This document shows, in pieces, positions 25,163 to 32,000 of a stretch of 32,000 nucleotides of DNA; position 1 is the stretch's first letter, and every line of letters begins with the position of its first letter. The notes below the pieces were generated by a model that had not been told where the DNA came from, made no database searches, and was given only the letters and a program-made list of their open reading frames with translations. The DNA is taken from NCBI RefSeq assembly GCF_001017655.1, contig NZ_CP010904.1:150001-182000 (forward strand). Direction: 5' to 3'. The stretch is from Kiritimatiella glycovorans (lineage in GTDB: Bacteria > Verrucomicrobiota > Kiritimatiellia > Kiritimatiellales > Kiritimatiellaceae). Position numbers and translations under genes: made by a program.

Positions 25163-25984
25163 CTAGATCGACTCCAGGCTGCCCTTGAGCATGGAGATAT
25201 CGAGGGCGAGGGCCATTGCGCCGGAATGGCTTTCCATGTCGCCGGTGATCTCCTCGATCGACTGGATCAGGCGCGGGAGCTGTTCATCGGGCACGAGTGC
25301 GAAGACGGTGCGGTGGAACTCTTCGCGCGTTCCGAGAAAGTTCATGAAGCTCGCAAAGAGCGGAACCCGGGTGAGAATGTTGCCCATGCCGCGCGATTCC
25401 AGCACCGACGCGCCGCGGATCCCCATTTCCACGAAAAGTTCCATCACCTCCGTCACGAGGTCCTCTTCCTGCAGCACCAGCATCAGCAGTTTGCGGCGGC
25501 GCGCGCCCCCTTCCGCGCTCTCCGGAGAGGCATGACGCATGAAGCTCTCGTAGAGCGCCGTCGCGGTGGGAGCTTTGCGCAGTTCGCGCCGGGCCGACTC
25601 GTTGCGCAGGACGCCGGAGATTTCCGCCAGAACTTTCACGTACTCATTCGGCTTCTCCTCCGGTCCCGCGAGGAAACAGAACAGGTGGGCTTTCTTCCCG
25701 TCCAGCGCATCGAACGCCGCGCCCCGCGGCGACAGTCCGATGCCGAGCACAAACTGTTTCAGCCCGGGCAGGCGGCAGTGCGGCAGCGCGAGGCCGTCGC
25801 CGAATCCCGTCGAGCCGAGCTGTTCGCGCTCGCGCAGCGCCGCCGCGATCTGTTCCTGCGTGAATCCGCTCAGCGCGTCATGTTCCTTCAGGATCTCCGC
25901 AATCTCGTTGAGCATGTCTTCTTTTCTGCGGGCGTGCAGCCGCACGCGGCAGAGATCGCGGTTTAAGATGTCGCTCAGGTTCAT
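25163..25984 (-). CDS. PTS EIIA type-2 (PtsN-like) domain fused to a C-terminal PII-like domain
   Basis: The N-terminal ~150 aa contain GSTGFGDGLALPHCRL, with the phosphorylatable His retained, and HLFCFLAGP. The C-terminal ~105 aa (KLLMLVLQEEDLVTEVMELFVEMGIRGASVLESRGMG...HRTVFALVPDEQLPRLIQSIEEITG...GAMALALDI) follow a beta-alpha-beta-(loop)-beta-alpha-beta pattern like PII-family proteins. Confidence 0.7.
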   Translation of the reverse strand: MNLSDILNRDLCRVRLHARRKEDMLNEIAEILKEHDALSGFTQEQIAAALREREQLGSTGFGDGLALPHCRLPGLKQFVLGIGLSPRGAAFDALDGKKAHLFCFLAGPEEKPNEYVKVLAEISGVLRNESARRELRKAPTATALYESFMRHASPESAEGGARRRKLLMLVLQEEDLVTEVMELFVEMGIRGASVLESRGMGNILTRVPLFASFMNFLGTREEFHRTVFALVPDEQLPRLIQSIEEITGDMESHSGAMALALDISMLKGSLESI

Positions 25985-26099
25985 GATTCAATAAGGCCTG
26001 TTTTTGATCCGCGTCCCAAGCACGATTTCAGGTTCCACGTAATTTTTTGAGGTGATCCCGATCTTAGTCGAGTTCCCACTCCTTCTTACGCGGCCATGG

Positions 26100-27356
26100 T
26101 CACGAGTTCTTCTCCATTCCCCTGACGATTGCGAACCGGGAGAGCGGGGGGCCGGCGAGTTCGTTCACGAACACGGCGAAGAGCACGATATTGGCGATCC
26201 TCATCAGCCACTGCTGGACCTCCGGGGATCCGCGTGCGGCCAGGGGGGAAGCCTGGAGGAAGAGGACCAGGCCGATCGCCACGCCCGCCTGCGGCAGCAT
26301 GGAGAGCCCGAGGTAGTTGCGAACCGAGGCGGGCGCCCGGCAGGCGCGGGCTCCCGCCCAGACTCCTGCGTACTTGCCGGTCGCGCGCGCGATCACGTAG
26401 ATCGATCCCAGCGCGAGGACCCAGGGGTCGCCGAGCACGGCGATATCCAGTTCGGTGCCCGCGATCGCGAAAAAGGCGGCGTAGAGCGGCGGCGTGAGGG
26501 GGGTGATGACCCTGAAGAGCGCGTGGCGGTGGTTGGAGATGTTTGCGAGCACCGCTCCCGCCATCATGTTCGTCAGCAGCGGCGAGAGTTCCAGCGAGAT
26601 GGCCACCGCGGTGAACAGGAAGATCGAACCCAGCGCGATGATCAGCCGCTCGTTATCGCGTTTCACGCGCCACGTGAACAGACGCATGAGAAGCCCCTGC
26701 GCCGCGCCCAGCCCGATCGCGGAAACGATCTCGGTCACCGCATGCACGACTACCGTCATGCCCCCGGTTGCCTGCGCCGCGGCGGGCCCGATAAACGTGA
26801 ACACGAACGCGTAGACCGCGGAAAAGAGCAGTACGCATCCCGCGTCGTCCAGCGCCACCACTCCGTAGAGCGTATCGACGAAGTCGCCCCGCGCGCGGAG
26901 GTTCTGGATGATGACCACCGTGGCGGCCGGTGCGGTGGCGCTGGCGATGGCCCCCAGCAGCATGGAGTAGGACCACGCGAGACCGGCGGCGAAGAGCGCC
27001 AGGGCGACGATAAAGAACGTGCCGAAGAGCTGGACGAGGGTGATGGTCAGGATGCCGGGACCGAGCCGGCGGATCTTCGGCAGCGCGAATTCGCTGCCGA
27101 TCGTGATGGCGATAATGCCGAGCGCCACCTCCGTCACCGTCCGCAGCGTCTTCGTCATCTCCGCATGGATCACGCCGGTGACGGCGTCGCCCAGAAGAAG
27201 CCCGGCGACGATATAGCCGGTGATGGCCGGGAGCCGGACCCTTTCGGCCAGCTTGCCCGCAAAATATCCGATCACCAGCAGCACCCCCATGCTGAACACG
27301 ATGTGGTCGTTGAACGTGTCCCGCAGGTGCAACAGGGCGTCGATAAGTATCTGCAT
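26100..27356 (-). CDS. Cation:proton antiporter (CPA2 / Na_H_Exchanger family), no fused RCK/KTN domain
   Basis: 418 aa with about 12 TM segments. Contains LPAITGYIVAGLLLGD, LGIIAITIGSEF and AGTELD, typical of Kef/NapA-like CPA2 transporters. The ORF ends right after the membrane domain. Confidence 0.85.
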   Translation of the reverse strand: MQILIDALLHLRDTFNDHIVFSMGVLLVIGYFAGKLAERVRLPAITGYIVAGLLLGDAVTGVIHAEMTKTLRTVTEVALGIIAITIGSEFALPKIRRLGPGILTITLVQLFGTFFIVALALFAAGLAWSYSMLLGAIASATAPAATVVIIQNLRARGDFVDTLYGVVALDDAGCVLLFSAVYAFVFTFIGPAAAQATGGMTVVVHAVTEIVSAIGLGAAQGLLMRLFTWRVKRDNERLIIALGSIFLFTAVAISLELSPLLTNMMAGAVLANISNHRHALFRVITPLTPPLYAAFFAIAGTELDIAVLGDPWVLALGSIYVIARATGKYAGVWAGARACRAPASVRNYLGLSMLPQAGVAIGLVLFLQASPLAARGSPEVQQWLMRIANIVLFAVFVNELAGPPLSRFAIVRGMEKNS

Positions 27357-27533
27357 GCTGGTTGCCGGTGAATGATGAACGGCCTACCCGGTAACATAAT
27401 ATAAGGCGGAAGACCAGCGCGGCGTCCTTCCGGCCGCCCGGCCGCCAGAACCCTGCGCTTTGGGTTTGCGGTCGGGCGGCCCGAACCGTAGAGTCTGCAT
27501 TTTGAACGCGGCGACCTGGAGGCGTGGATTCCG

Positions 27534-29303
27534 ATGGCGAAAAAGGGATTCGAACCGAGTGTACAGGATCTGGTGTACAGTGTGGACGCGGGGCTGGGCC
27601 TGCGCCTCCTGAGGCTTGTTCTGGCTGCATTTGCCGTGCTCTTCCTGGCCCTGCTTTACACGGGTACCCAGTACCGGGGGTTCAAGGACTCCTCGTCGAT
27701 GGAATACGCCCAGCTCGGCCGCAACCTCGCGGTGCATAACCGGCTGATTACGTACACGGTCCGGCCGGCGACGATCCATTACCTGACGGAAAACACACCT
27801 GAGGCCAACCCGCGCATCATGTTCCACCCGGACGTCCTGCACCCCCCCATGTATCCCGCCGTGCTCGCCGCCCCGATGAAACTCATGAACGCCCTCGGCG
27901 CGGATCTCGAAGCGAAACCGGCCCCGGGATCGAGGCCGCCGCCGCGGTATCCTCTCGAACAGTGGCTGGTCGTGCCGCTGAACCATCTCTTTCTCATCCT
28001 CACCGGCGTCTTTCTCTTCCTGCTGGCGCGGCGGCTGTTCGCCCCGCGGATCGCGATGCTCTCCGTGCTCGTGTATTTTCTCACCGACGCGGTCTGGGCG
28101 GACAGTATCGCGGGCGGGGGCCTTCCTCTGCTCTCGTTTTTCATCGTCGCGGCGACCTACGGGGCGGTGGTCGCGGAACGACGCTGGCAGCAGATGAGTT
28201 CCGCCGCCGAATGGATGGGACCTCTGGTTCTCTCGGCCGTGGCGGCCGCCTTCGCCTTTCTCACCCGCTACGCCGGCGGGGCGATCGCGGCGGGATTGTT
28301 CATATTCCTGCTGGCGTCCGGATGGTCGCGGCATCGGGGATGGCTGCCCCCGCTCATCTTCACCGCGGTATTCGTGCTCGCTCTTTCCCCCTGGCTGGTG
28401 CGGAACGTGCTGATCTCCGGCGATCTGCTGGGGATGACCCCCTGGCTGGCGCTTTCGGGGAGTCCTATGTTCGAGGGGCAGTCGCTCATGCGCGACCTGA
28501 CGCCCGCCTTCAGCGCGGGCGAGGCCGTCGAGGCCGTCCGCAGCCGCTGGGTGGCCTCCATGGCCGAATTCTACGGCGGGGAATTTTTCGCCCTCGGCGG
28601 CGGGATCCTGGTCGGTCTCTTCCTGATATCCTTCCTGTATAAATTCGAACGGCGTTATATCCAGCTCCTGCGCTACGGCGTGCTCGCGGCGCTGATCGTA
28701 TTCATTACGGGGGCCGCGGCGTTCGGATCGGAGGCGCTCCGCGGCTATCACGCCTTCTGGCCCCTGATCCTCGTATTCGGGTGGGCCTACTTCCACGTGC
28801 TGCTCGACCAGCGCGGACTGGTGATTCCGCTCCTGAACAACCTCGTCACCGGTGTGGTCGTCGTGCTGTGCGTGCTGCCCTTCCTCTTCCGCATCCTGCC
28901 GCCGCGGGCCGAGGACGCCTATCCGCCCTATTTCTGGCCGCAGATCCAGCGCCTGTGCGGATGGATGCAGCCGCAGGAGGTCATCTGCACCGACATGCCG
29001 TGGGCGACGGCCTGGTACGGAAACCGCGTTTCGGTGCTGCTGCCCGAGGACGTCAACCAGTATTACGAGATCAACGATTACCGGCGGAACATGAATGCGC
29101 TCTACTTCACGACGATCACCAAGAACAAGGGCTTCGCGCGCGAACTGATCCGTAAAGAACAGTCGTGGCTGCCGCTGATGAACGGCCGCACGCCGGAAGG
29201 GTTCCCGCTGCAGGAGGGATTCAACCTCAATAAGCACGATCAGATGTTCCTCACCGATTATCCGCGCTGGGCCGGGCAGATGGAGGAAGAGGGGGGCGAA
29301 TGA
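27534..29303 (+). CDS. GT-C fold membrane glycosyltransferase (ArnT/PMT, GT39/GT83-like)
   Basis: 589 aa with more than 10 TM segments. The first periplasmic loop has DSSSMEYAQLGRNLA, and HPPMYP...LFLILTGVFLFLLARRLF follows the ArnT/PMT_2 pattern. There is a soluble C-terminal domain. The family assignment is approximate. Confidence 0.65.
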   Translation: MAKKGFEPSVQDLVYSVDAGLGLRLLRLVLAAFAVLFLALLYTGTQYRGFKDSSSMEYAQLGRNLAVHNRLITYTVRPATIHYLTENTPEANPRIMFHPDVLHPPMYPAVLAAPMKLMNALGADLEAKPAPGSRPPPRYPLEQWLVVPLNHLFLILTGVFLFLLARRLFAPRIAMLSVLVYFLTDAVWADSIAGGGLPLLSFFIVAATYGAVVAERRWQQMSSAAEWMGPLVLSAVAAAFAFLTRYAGGAIAAGLFIFLLASGWSRHRGWLPPLIFTAVFVLALSPWLVRNVLISGDLLGMTPWLALSGSPMFEGQSLMRDLTPAFSAGEAVEAVRSRWVASMAEFYGGEFFALGGGILVGLFLISFLYKFERRYIQLLRYGVLAALIVFITGAAAFGSEALRGYHAFWPLILVFGWAYFHVLLDQRGLVIPLLNNLVTGVVVVLCVLPFLFRILPPRAEDAYPPYFWPQIQRLCGWMQPQEVICTDMPWATAWYGNRVSVLLPEDVNQYYEINDYRRNMNALYFTTITKNKGFARELIRKEQSWLPLMNGRTPEGFPLQEGFNLNKHDQMFLTDYPRWAGQMEEEGGE

Positions 29304-30235
29304 AGGTCGTCTTCATGGGGTCGGGCCGGATCGCGGTCCCCTCGCTGGAGCGGCTGTTGAAGGCGGAAGGACTCCGGGTCCCCCTGGTCGTGACCGCCCC
29401 GGATCGTCCAGGCGGGCGTAAACGCCGGCTCCGGCCCTGTCCCGTCAAGGCGCGCGCGTTGGAACTCGAATGCGCGGTCTGGACGCCCGAAAAACCCGGC
29501 CATCCCGCATCGATGGAGATGTTCCGTTCCGTCGCCCCCGACGTGTTCGCCGTCGCCGCCTACGGCCAGTACCTGCCGCGCCGGGTTCTCGATCTCGCAC
29601 CGCACGGGGGGATCAATATGCACCCCTCTCTGCTTCCCCGCTACCGGGGCGCCGCGCCCATTCCGTGGACGCTGGTGAACGGTGATGAAGAGACCGGCGT
29701 CACGATCATCGAAGTCGCCGAAAAGATGGACGCGGGCGATATCCTCCTTCAGGAGCGTCTCCCCGTGGACCCGGAGGACACGACGGCCTCGCTGGAGGAC
29801 AGGCTGGGCGTGCTGGGGGCGCGCATGCTGGAAGACGCGGTTCGCGCGCTCGCTTGCGGCACGGCCGCGCCGCGCCCGCAGGAGGAGTCGGCCGCCACCT
29901 CGGTCCGCAAGCTCCGCAAGGAGGATGGGCGCATCGACTGGACCCTGGGCGCAGAGGAGATCCGCAACCGCATCCGGGCCTTTAATCCCTGGCCGGCATG
30001 TTTCTGCTTTCCGCCGTGTCTGGAAGGGGAGCCCCTGAAGATCCTCCGCGCCGAACGCGAGCAGGGATGCGGCTGTCCCGGCGAGGTCCTCCGCGTTTCA
30101 GGCCGCGGGCCGCAGGTCGCCTGCGGCTCGGGCGCCCTGTGCCTGACCCGTGTACAGCCGCCCGGAAAGCGGCCGATGAGCGGCGGTGATTTCATCAACG
30201 GTCACGAAGTGCCCCCCGGCGAGAGGTGGGGATAG
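29300..30235 (+). CDS. fmt: Methionyl-tRNA formyltransferase
   Basis: Contains MKVVFMGSG..A.PSL, GGINMHPSLLPRYRGAAPI and TGVTIIEVAEKMDAGDILLQ. The start overlaps the upstream stop codon (ATGA at 29300-29303). Confidence 0.93.
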   Translation: MKVVFMGSGRIAVPSLERLLKAEGLRVPLVVTAPDRPGGRKRRLRPCPVKARALELECAVWTPEKPGHPASMEMFRSVAPDVFAVAAYGQYLPRRVLDLAPHGGINMHPSLLPRYRGAAPIPWTLVNGDEETGVTIIEVAEKMDAGDILLQERLPVDPEDTTASLEDRLGVLGARMLEDAVRALACGTAAPRPQEESAATSVRKLRKEDGRIDWTLGAEEIRNRIRAFNPWPACFCFPPCLEGEPLKILRAEREQGCGCPGEVLRVSGRGPQVACGSGALCLTRVQPPGKRPMSGGDFINGHEVPPGERWG

Positions 30236-30243
30236 AGCACGGA

Positions 30244-30864
30244 TCAGCCGTTGCGGATCACACTGATCCAGGTCTGCGCACCCTGCATGATCATCTCGAC
30301 CGAAACGCTGCCCACGAACAGCGAGACCACGCGGCCCGCGACTTCGATATAGCGCTGGATGAGGATCTCGTTGCGCGGGCGTACGTAGTCGTGGAGCTTT
30401 TTCAGCAGCGCGATCGTCAGCGCGGAAATGACGACCGCGGTCACCACGGCGAGCACGGACAGGGGCATATCCAGCCGTTCTCCCGCGAGGACGCTGGCGC
30501 TGATGGTGCCGGGTCCGATCAGGATGGGCATGGCGATGCTGCCCGCGGCGTACTCGGATTCGCCGCGCAGCGACTCGATGGCCATATTGCCGCGGAACAT
30601 GAACTGGATGCCGATCAGCAGGAACACGATCCCGCCGAAGATCTGGAACGACGCGAAGTGCTGCTTGAAGTCGGCCGAGAAGATCGCGTCCCCCAGCAGC
30701 GCGAACACGGCGAACACCCCGGCGCTGATGTAGGCGGCCTTCCGCAGTTCACGCCAGAAGGTCGAAAAACTCATTTTCTCGATCAGGTCGAGCAGGTAGA
30801 TGACGACCAGAAACGGGTTCAGCATGATGAGCATGAAGCCCGTGATGTTCAGGAAAGGTTCCAT
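30244..30864 (-). CDS. MarC family (UPF0056/NAAT) membrane protein
   Basis: 206 aa with 6 TM segments. Contains NPF..V.IYL near the N-terminus and SIAMPILIGPGTISA, typical of the MarC family. Confidence 0.85.
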   Translation of the reverse strand: MEPFLNITGFMLIMLNPFLVVIYLLDLIEKMSFSTFWRELRKAAYISAGVFAVFALLGDAIFSADFKQHFASFQIFGGIVFLLIGIQFMFRGNMAIESLRGESEYAAGSIAMPILIGPGTISASVLAGERLDMPLSVLAVVTAVVISALTIALLKKLHDYVRPRNEILIQRYIEVAGRVVSLFVGSVSVEMIMQGAQTWISVIRNG

Positions 30865-30893
30865 GGTTTCCCTTTCATCTCCGCAGTCCGTCG

Positions 30894-30912
30894 CCGGGGG
30901 CGAGCCCCCCGG
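30894..30912 (-). terminator. GC-rich hairpin directly after the TPR gene stop codon
   Basis: CCGGGGG-CGAG-CCCCCCGG lies 3 nt downstream of the stop codon (30916-30918) on the minus strand. No U-tract follows on the minus strand, so terminator function is doubtful. Confidence 0.25.
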
Positions 30913-30915
30913 ATT

Positions 30916-31992
30916 TCAGGGGTCGATGCCCTGCGCGCGCAGCTTCTCCAGAAGCGAGGCATTTCCGGGGTCGATCCGGTGCGCCTGCAGGTAGTATTCC
31001 ACGGCGAGTTGAGGTTCGTCCAGCTTGAGCAGGGCATCTCCCAGATGTTCGAGGATGGTGGGATCGTCCGGCATCAGCCTCGCGGCGCGTTCGAGCTGCT
31101 CCCGCGCGCGCTCATAGCGGCCCTGTCGGTAGTAGATCCAGCCCAGCGTATCGATGTAGGCTCCGTTGTCCTTCTCGAGTTTCAGGGCCTTCTGAGCCAG
31201 TTCCAGCGCGCGGTCGAGGTGGACCCCGTCTTCCGCCCACATGTAGGCGAGGTAGTTGTACGCCTCCGCGAATTCGGGATCCTGATCGATGGCGCGCCGG
31301 AGGAGCCGCGCCGCGGCGTCGGCCTCCCCGGTGCGCTCGCGGGCCGAACCGTAAAGATAGTGGAAAAACGCGGTGAGGAGCGTGTCCTCCGTCTCCTTGT
31401 CCCGCGTCAGTTTCGTCACGCGCTCGAACGCCGAGGCTGCCGTCTCGAAATCTTCGATCCGGTAGCGGAAGTATCCGCGATAAAAAGGCGGATAGGGGTT
31501 GTCCGGAAATCGTTCCTCGAGAGTGTCCAGCAGGATCCCGAGCTGTTTCCGGCACGGCGTTTCGTTGCGCGCGAGGCAGTAGTCGAGCAGCGCCCCGAGT
31601 TCGGAAGCCCGGTCGCGGCGGATGATATCCGCGAGCACGTCCGCGGCGCGCTCCGTCTTGTCCTGCATCATCAGCGCGAAGGCGTAGACGCGGTCCAGCT
31701 CGGGAGTGGCTTGGCCGGGATCGCGGGAGGTCAGGGCGCGCCGGGCGGCCGCGAAATTCCGTTCCGCCTCGGCGAAACGTTCGCGCGCCGCTTCGGCGTG
31801 TCCGAGTGCTACATGGGCGTTGATATGCTCCGGGTCCAGCGCGAGCGCGTCGCGTAGAATCTCCGCGGCCTGTTCCGCAGCCCCCTCCTGCAAAGCGCCC
31901 AGTCCCGCGAGCACCCACCAGTCCGCCGCGCGGGTGTCGCCCCGTTCGGCCAGCGGGCGGGCGGCCTCCGCCGCCGCATCCCAGCGTTTCAT
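30916..31992 (-). CDS. Tetratricopeptide-repeat protein (may extend past the window end)
   Basis: Multiple 34-aa TPR-like units (for example AEAYNYLAYMWAEDGVHLDRALELAQKALKLEKDN and GAYIDTLGWIYYRQGRYERAREQLERAARL). The frame stays open to base 32000, so the ATG at 31992 may be internal. Confidence 0.8.
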   Translation of the reverse strand: MKRWDAAAEAARPLAERGDTRAADWWVLAGLGALQEGAAEQAAEILRDALALDPEHINAHVALGHAEAARERFAEAERNFAAARRALTSRDPGQATPELDRVYAFALMMQDKTERAADVLADIIRRDRASELGALLDYCLARNETPCRKQLGILLDTLEERFPDNPYPPFYRGYFRYRIEDFETAASAFERVTKLTRDKETEDTLLTAFFHYLYGSARERTGEADAAARLLRRAIDQDPEFAEAYNYLAYMWAEDGVHLDRALELAQKALKLEKDNGAYIDTLGWIYYRQGRYERAREQLERAARLMPDDPTILEHLGDALLKLDEPQLAVEYYLQAHRIDPGNASLLEKLRAQGIDP

Positions 31993-32000
31993 GCCGAGGT

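Noticed and set aside
22310-25188. Very long ORFs overlapping mfd: 22310-24991 on the minus strand in another frame (893 aa) and 22828-25188 on the plus strand (786 aa). There are similar antisense or off-frame ORFs at 12642-13862, 27384-29237, 26052-27371, 11125-12627 and 30226-31857.
   Set aside because: Their translations are Arg/Pro/Gly/Ala-rich low-complexity strings with no motifs, as expected from stop-codon depletion in about 70% GC DNA. In each case the other frame encodes a protein with clear family signatures (Mfd, sulfatase, GT-C, antiporter, beta-helix hydrolase, TPR protein).
30894-30912. A GC hairpin after the TPR gene, considered as an intrinsic terminator.
   Set aside because: It is retained only as a low-confidence feature. 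On the transcribed (minus) strand the stem is followed by CGACGGAC rather than a U-tract, and marC starts 30 nt further on, so read-through or co-transcription is equally plausible.

Overview
High-GC bacterial chromosomal window: sampled 60-nt lines give roughly 63-72% GC in most genes. It holds about 26 protein genes, one tRNA and a large amount of intergenic repeat DNA. Housekeeping and envelope genes: a 5'-truncated phosphoketolase, a PEBP/YbhB-like protein, endonuclease V, a TSUP permease, a complete mlaEFDCA lipid-asymmetry operon, mfd, fmt, a MarC-family protein, a GT-C type membrane glycosyltransferase, a CPA2-type antiporter and a TPR protein. Accessory genes: an esterase, a divergent pair of a TAT-signal beta-helix glycoside hydrolase and a TAT-signal Cys-type sulfatase, and a minor-pseudopilin module. 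That module is a GspH/I/J-like operon convergent with an 866-aa GspK-like protein. The gene content resembles polysaccharide-degrading PVC-superphylum bacteria (Kiritimatiellota, Lentisphaerota or Verrucomicrobiota), but this is inference only. Four observations stand out. (1) A 144-bp MITE is present in four copies, each flanked by its own 9-bp target-site duplication; two copies are identical. (2) A second repeat family built from GTACTC/GAGTAC hexamer arrays around a GC hairpin sits downstream of genes in a fixed orientation relative to the gene and is tandemly duplicated behind mfd. (3) A lower-GC island of about 3.6 kb (about 42-57% GC) carries the oversized GspK-like gene, an unknown secreted protein and a 280-bp AT-rich leader. 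(4) A PTS-EIIA(Ntr)-like protein is fused to a PII-like domain and lies directly behind an antiporter that has no regulatory domain of its own. No CRISPR array, integrase, transposase or recognisable defence gene is visible.
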